From Promethearchaeota archaeon (GTDB lineage Archaea; Asgardarchaeota; Lokiarchaeia; Sigyniarchaeales; SOKP01), in NCBI GenBank assembly GCA_029838195.1, contig JALGVJ010000002.1, positions 96,001-160,000 on the forward strand: DNA of 64,000 bases, given 5' to 3'. A model generated the notes under the pieces. That model was not told where the DNA came from and ran no database searches. It saw only the letters and a program-made list of their open reading frames with translations. The translations under genes were made by a program, and so were the position numbers. Positions 59,491 to 64,000 of the stretch are shown piece by piece; position 1 is the first letter of the stretch, and each line of letters opens with the position of its first letter.

Positions 59491-60186
59491 ATGAAAAATG
59501 AAATCATTCAAGGAATTATTCAAGCAATCATGTTGATAATTATGTTTGATAGAGAAATTTGGTTTACAGTAATCCTTTCAATTGGCGTTTCAGGAACAGC
59601 TACATTCATCGCAAGCATGATTGGCTTACCAATAGGCTCTCTAATGGGCTTGCGAGATTTTTGGGGAAAAAAAAGCATTACAAATTTACTAAATACATTT
59701 ATGGGATTTCCTCCCGTCATCATGGGATTATTTGTTTTTTTATTGCTTTCAAAAAATGGACCTCTTGGTTCTCTGGGATTATTATATACCCCAACTGCCA
59801 TGATTATTGCCCAATTACTTTTAGCCATACCCATAATAGCAGGAACTACTAAAGCCGCTATAGAATCCGTCGATCCCGCATTAAGAGAGACCATATTATC
59901 ATTAGGTGCCACTGAAATTGAATTATGGTGGGAATTGATTAAAGATTCTAAACGATCAATCATTGCCGGAATTCTTGTTGCATTTGGACAAGCAATTAGC
60001 GAAGTTGGGGCTGTAATGATTGTCGGGGGCAATATTCGTTGGCACACACGTGTTTTTACAACCTCTATAGTTTATCAAACCCAAATGGGAGAATTTGGAA
60101 TGGCAATTGCTTTAGGTTTCATTCTCATTAGTGTTGCATTTATCTTGAACTATACTTTAACTTACTTACAGTCTAAAGAAGATTAA
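59491..60186 (+). CDS. tupB: Tungstate ABC transporter permease
   Basis: MGFPPV, GPLG, AISEVGAVMIVGGNI. Confidence 0.93.
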   Translation: MKNEIIQGIIQAIMLIIMFDREIWFTVILSIGVSGTATFIASMIGLPIGSLMGLRDFWGKKSITNLLNTFMGFPPVIMGLFVFLLLSKNGPLGSLGLLYTPTAMIIAQLLLAIPIIAGTTKAAIESVDPALRETILSLGATEIELWWELIKDSKRSIIAGILVAFGQAISEVGAVMIVGGNIRWHTRVFTTSIVYQTQMGEFGMAIALGFILISVAFILNYTLTYLQSKED

Positions 60187-60187
60187 A

Positions 60188-61282
60188 ATGAATTATTTAT
60201 TGCGAGTGGAACATCTTTCAAAAACTTATTTTAAGAAAAATGGTTCTTCGAGAGAAGTATTAAAAAATATCTCTTTTTCCCTAAAGAAAGGAGAATGTTT
60301 TGTAATTATTGGGCCAAATGGTTCAGGTAAAACTACCTTATTAAGAATTTTAGGATTATTAGAGCCTCCTTCCGGCGGAAACATGTATTATGATGGAATA
60401 AACCTGAGAACGCTCCCCAAGAAAGAACTGATCTCGTACCGTAGAAAATTTTCTTTTGTACGTCAAAAGCCGGTCGTGTTAGATACCACCGTTTATAACA
60501 ATATCGCTTTTGGATTGAAAGTTCGAGACTTTAATAAAAAGGAGATTGATTCAGCAGTTAAAGAGATTATTAAATTAGTTGGGCTAGAAGGGATGGAAAA
60601 AAAGAATGCCCGTTCTCTTTCGGGAGGAGAAATGCAGCGCGTTGCGATTGCCATGAATTTTGTTGTTTCGCCGGAAATTTATCTATTGGATGAAGTATCT
60701 GCCAATTTAGATCCACAAAATATCGTTCTCCTGAATGAGTTAATTAATACAATTAAACAAAATTTGGACAAAACAATTATTTTAAGCACGCATGATAAAT
60801 TAGAAGCAATTAAATTTGCGGATAAGATAGGTGTATTAAATAATGGTAGCTTTACTCAAGTAGGCTCTCCATCAAATATATTTACAAATCCAAAAGATGA
60901 ATATACAGCTCGATTTGTTGGATATGAAAACATTTTTGTTGGTATGGGTAAAGTCGAGCCGACTTCAGGATTAAATAAAATAAAGATTAATGATCTTACA
61001 ATCGTTGCATCCATCCAGAAAGAAGGAGAAGTTAAAGCTTGTATTCGTCCTGAAAGTATCGTGATTTCAAAAAATCCCCAAAAAGATGTGAGCTTTCGTA
61101 ATAATTTCAAGGGTATAATAAGAGAAATAAGAGATTTAGGTAATATTTGCCATGTTTTCGTGCAATGCTATTCAGAACAGTTCTTAGTATCAATTACCAA
61201 TAATGCTCGTAAGAATCTGAATTTAAATGTCGGCTCCCAAGTTTATATAAGCTTTAAAGCTACAGATATCACTATTCTTTAA
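60188..61282 (+). CDS. tupC: Tungstate ABC transporter ATPase with C-terminal TOBE
   Basis: GPNGSGKT, LSGGE, LLDE, THD; gene context. Confidence 0.9.
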   Translation: MNYLLRVEHLSKTYFKKNGSSREVLKNISFSLKKGECFVIIGPNGSGKTTLLRILGLLEPPSGGNMYYDGINLRTLPKKELISYRRKFSFVRQKPVVLDTTVYNNIAFGLKVRDFNKKEIDSAVKEIIKLVGLEGMEKKNARSLSGGEMQRVAIAMNFVVSPEIYLLDEVSANLDPQNIVLLNELINTIKQNLDKTIILSTHDKLEAIKFADKIGVLNNGSFTQVGSPSNIFTNPKDEYTARFVGYENIFVGMGKVEPTSGLNKIKINDLTIVASIQKEGEVKACIRPESIVISKNPQKDVSFRNNFKGIIREIRDLGNICHVFVQCYSEQFLVSITNNARKNLNLNVGSQVYISFKATDITIL

Positions 61283-61391
61283 ACTCATGATGGTTTCTCA
61301 ATTTCCACTGAATTTAACGTAATATTTCCCCAATTTATGGAAAAAGAAATAAGGGAAAATGATTATATCTTACCTAAAAAATACATGGATT

Positions 61392-62564
61392 TTATATAGC
61401 TAATTTTTCTAATTTTCTTTTCGCTTCGTTTAAGGTTTCTGGTTTTTTACAAAAACAAAATCTCGTCTGAGTTTCTCCATCCTTTCCGCTGGCATAAAAA
61501 GAAGAGCCCGGCACGGTAGCAATTCCAATGTTTTTTATTAAATATAATGCTAATTCCGTTGAAGTTTTAAGATCATGTTTTTCCATGTATTTTTCACAAT
61601 TAGTCATGATATAATACGCTCCTTGTGGCTTGATTGGTTGGAGATCGGTTTCTTTTAATGCGTTATAAAGCGTATCTCTTGCTTTGGTATAAAAATCTCT
61701 CAACCATGAATAATAATCGTAATCCAAAGACAGAGCAAATGCTGCGGCTTCTTGAAGGGGAGCTGGAGCACCAACGGTGAGAAAATCATGTACCTTTTTT
61801 ATTTCAGAGGTGATTTTTTCACTTGCAATGGTCCAACCGACTCTCCACCCCGTTAAAGAATAGGTTTTTGAAATGGAATTAATTGTAATGGAATTATCCT
61901 GCATTTCATCCAAAGAAGCAATTGAGAGATGTTTATTGTTATCATAAATTATATGCTCATAGATCTCGTCTGTAATTGCGATGGCATCGTATTTAATGCA
62001 TAAATCTGCAATGAACTTAATTTCTTTTTCAGAGAAGACTTTGCCAGTGGGATTATTTGGGGTATTTAAAATAATAGCTTTCGTTTTAGTAGTAAATAAA
62101 TTTTCAAGTTCATCAAAATCAAATGTCCAATCAGGGGGATTTAATTTAATGTACTTGGGAGTAGCTCCCGATAAGAGACAGTCTGGGCCATAGTTTTCAT
62201 AAAAAGGGGAAAAGATTATAACTTCATCCCCTGGATTGACGCCAGCTTTCATTGCTGAAATCATGCATTCCGTGGAACCACAACAAACAACAATATTTAA
62301 ATCTTTATCAACCCATTTCATGTTATTATATTTAGCAACCTTTTTTGCTATCGCAGTTCTTAACGTCTCAGAGCCCCATGTAATGGCATATTGATTAATA
62401 TTCGCTTGAATGGCTTCAATAGCAGCTTGTTTTATGGATTCAGGGGCTGGAAAATCAGGAAAACCTTGAGCCAAATTGATACAACCGGGATGCTGATTAG
62501 CCACCCGTGTCATTTCCCTGATAACGGATTCTTTAAAAGTTGCGGTAATTTTTGATAGCTCCAT
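61392..62564 (-). CDS. PLP-dependent aminotransferase class I/II (YbdL/kynurenine aminotransferase-like)
   Basis: INLAQGFPDF, NTPNNPTG, DEIY, SISKTYSLTGWRVG. Confidence 0.93.
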   Translation of the reverse strand: MELSKITATFKESVIREMTRVANQHPGCINLAQGFPDFPAPESIKQAAIEAIQANINQYAITWGSETLRTAIAKKVAKYNNMKWVDKDLNIVVCCGSTECMISAMKAGVNPGDEVIIFSPFYENYGPDCLLSGATPKYIKLNPPDWTFDFDELENLFTTKTKAIILNTPNNPTGKVFSEKEIKFIADLCIKYDAIAITDEIYEHIIYDNNKHLSIASLDEMQDNSITINSISKTYSLTGWRVGWTIASEKITSEIKKVHDFLTVGAPAPLQEAAAFALSLDYDYYSWLRDFYTKARDTLYNALKETDLQPIKPQGAYYIMTNCEKYMEKHDLKTSTELALYLIKNIGIATVPGSSFYASGKDGETQTRFCFCKKPETLNEAKRKLEKLAI

Positions 62565-62777
62565 GATAAATTTTGAAGTTTTTTCATGACTAAGATAAAA
62601 ATCTATAGTTTATTTAAGATTTTTAATGATTAAATCTTTCTGATTGCCCTCCATTTTAAAAATTTATACTTATTATTATCAATAATTATTACTTCTTTTT
62701 GAAAAAAGAAGGCCTTCACAAAATTTAATAAATTAAAGAAAATTCCTTAAAATCTTGCTTAAGAATTGAGTTTTAAT

Positions 62778-63473
62778 TTAAAAAAATTCGAGAATTTCCC
62801 ATAAACTATTTATGATGTAATCTGGTTGTATTGCCCATTGAGTAATTGTTCCCGAATATTTCGCTTCTTCTCTTAATATTAAACAAGCATCAATTTGAGC
62901 TCTTTTTGCAGCTATTATATCAATTTTTGAATCTCCAATCATAATGGCCTCTTCCGCGTTTGTTGAGTTGAACCCAAGGTGGTCTAATGTTATTTTTATT
63001 CCTGTTGGAGCCGGTTTGGCAAATTCTTGCGGATATTCGGAAGAGAGAGCAAACACGTGATGAAAATATTCCTTTATCTTAAATTTTGTTAGCATGTATT
63101 CCACGATATAATATGCCGTGTTAGAAACGATGCCTAATTTCACGTTTTTCCACTTTTTTAAAAGATTGACTAAGATAGGGCGAACATCCGAAAAAAGTTT
63201 AATTTTATTTTCCTTCATCAAAATCCTTCGATGAGAAAAATCCAAAAAATCATATTCTTCCCAGAACTTGTCTATTTCAGGCACCCTCCATTCTTCCAAC
63301 AAAATTCTGTAATTTTCTCCTGCTTCCCATAATTTATTTCTAATCTTTCGTTCGGGAACGCATTCAGTTAGTTTTTGCAAGGTTTTAACTAAAATGGAAT
63401 CAAAATAATTAGAGGGATCCGGAATGTGAATCAAGCAATTATCCAAATCAAATAAAAAAAACCGATACTTCAT
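62778..63473 (-). CDS. HAD-family hydrolase
   Basis: FDLDNCL, VSN, KPAP, IGDSKID. Confidence 0.9.
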   Translation of the reverse strand: MKYRFFLFDLDNCLIHIPDPSNYFDSILVKTLQKLTECVPERKIRNKLWEAGENYRILLEEWRVPEIDKFWEEYDFLDFSHRRILMKENKIKLFSDVRPILVNLLKKWKNVKLGIVSNTAYYIVEYMLTKFKIKEYFHHVFALSSEYPQEFAKPAPTGIKITLDHLGFNSTNAEEAIMIGDSKIDIIAAKRAQIDACLILREEAKYSGTITQWAIQPDYIINSLWEILEFF

Positions 63474-63488
63474 GGGGGCAACCCGCGT

Positions 63489-63854
63489 TTAAAAATATCC
63501 CACGTGTCCCAGATTATTTCCTTTTTCATCCAACGCAAATACTAACCCCATGGAAAGAATCTCCTCTTCTTTCTCCGCTTCCTGCTTAGAGGGTTTAGCC
63601 ACTTTTTTTATTGTTTCAAATTTTAATTGAAAAATCCCCCCACACTTCTTGCATTTGATATGGATAATTTTCACGTGTTTATTTTCATCATCGTGCTCCT
63701 CTTTCTTAAAAGGTTCTAATAACGCTTTATCTGTATTATCACATCCTTTTAAAAAGCATTGATCTAAACTAATTTTTTCCATGCCGCGTCGAGCTAATGA
63801 TATCCAAGCATGGCTTGGGATTTCCATCCACAAATCTTCTTCTTGATCGGTCAT
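63489..63854 (-). CDS. Hypothetical protein, probable zinc-binding
   Basis: CFLKGC and CKKC pairs. Confidence 0.6.
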   Translation of the reverse strand: MTDQEEDLWMEIPSHAWISLARRGMEKISLDQCFLKGCDNTDKALLEPFKKEEHDDENKHVKIIHIKCKKCGGIFQLKFETIKKVAKPSKQEAEKEEEILSMGLVFALDEKGNNLGHVGYF

Positions 63855-64000
63855 GATTTTCTCTTTTAAAAATCTTTCTTTTCTTTAATTTAATTAATTA
63901 CTACTCTTTATCCTTTTAAATTGGTAAAAGGTAATAAATTCTTTAGATTATAATTTATAGAAACATCATTATTTTTCGTTTAACAATGAAACAGGCTCTG

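Noticed and set aside
2408-62193. Short antisense or alternate-frame ORFs in the track (e.g. 8001-8303, 13964-14440, 55590-56015, 59520-60047)
   Set aside because: They overlap well-supported genes and have no motifs; treated as shadow ORFs.
1-64000. tRNA, rRNA, integrase or prophage
   Set aside because: No GC-rich structured RNA genes or phage hallmark proteins were seen.

Overview
AT-rich (roughly 30% GC by eye) archaeal chromosome segment, most likely from an Asgard archaeon of the Lokiarchaeia type. This is inferred from tandem roadblock, longin/NPRL-like, HEAT+LRR, multiple JAMM/MPN and PAC2 genes alongside archaeal metabolic genes. The window holds about 55 CDS. They include a partial PAC2 chaperone, an MFS transporter plus transposase relic bracketed by a duplicated promoter, polyferredoxin/AfpA, a KH-like beta-CASP nuclease, IscU and CopA. 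Further along are a three-gene MPN cluster, a ChlI/D-like AAA-vWA protein, two pepD genes, a very AT-rich VTC-DUF4956-double CotH island, a MoxR-type AAA/vWA pair, and a moa/moe cluster divergent from tupABC. The strongest novel signal is in the MoxR-type AAA gene. It is interrupted inside its Walker A motif by a 30-nt, stop-containing insert (52432-52461) that folds into a relaxed bulge-helix-bulge. Canonical BHB cleavage would remove exactly this insert and restore GGHGGGKTT, making it a candidate mRNA intron in an Asgard protein-coding gene. The second is a translationally coupled active JAMM plus pseudo-JAMM pair with long coiled coils, paralleling eukaryotic MPN+/MPN- heterodimers. No rRNA, tRNA or CRISPR array was seen. 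All assignments come from motif recognition by eye; no database searches were run.
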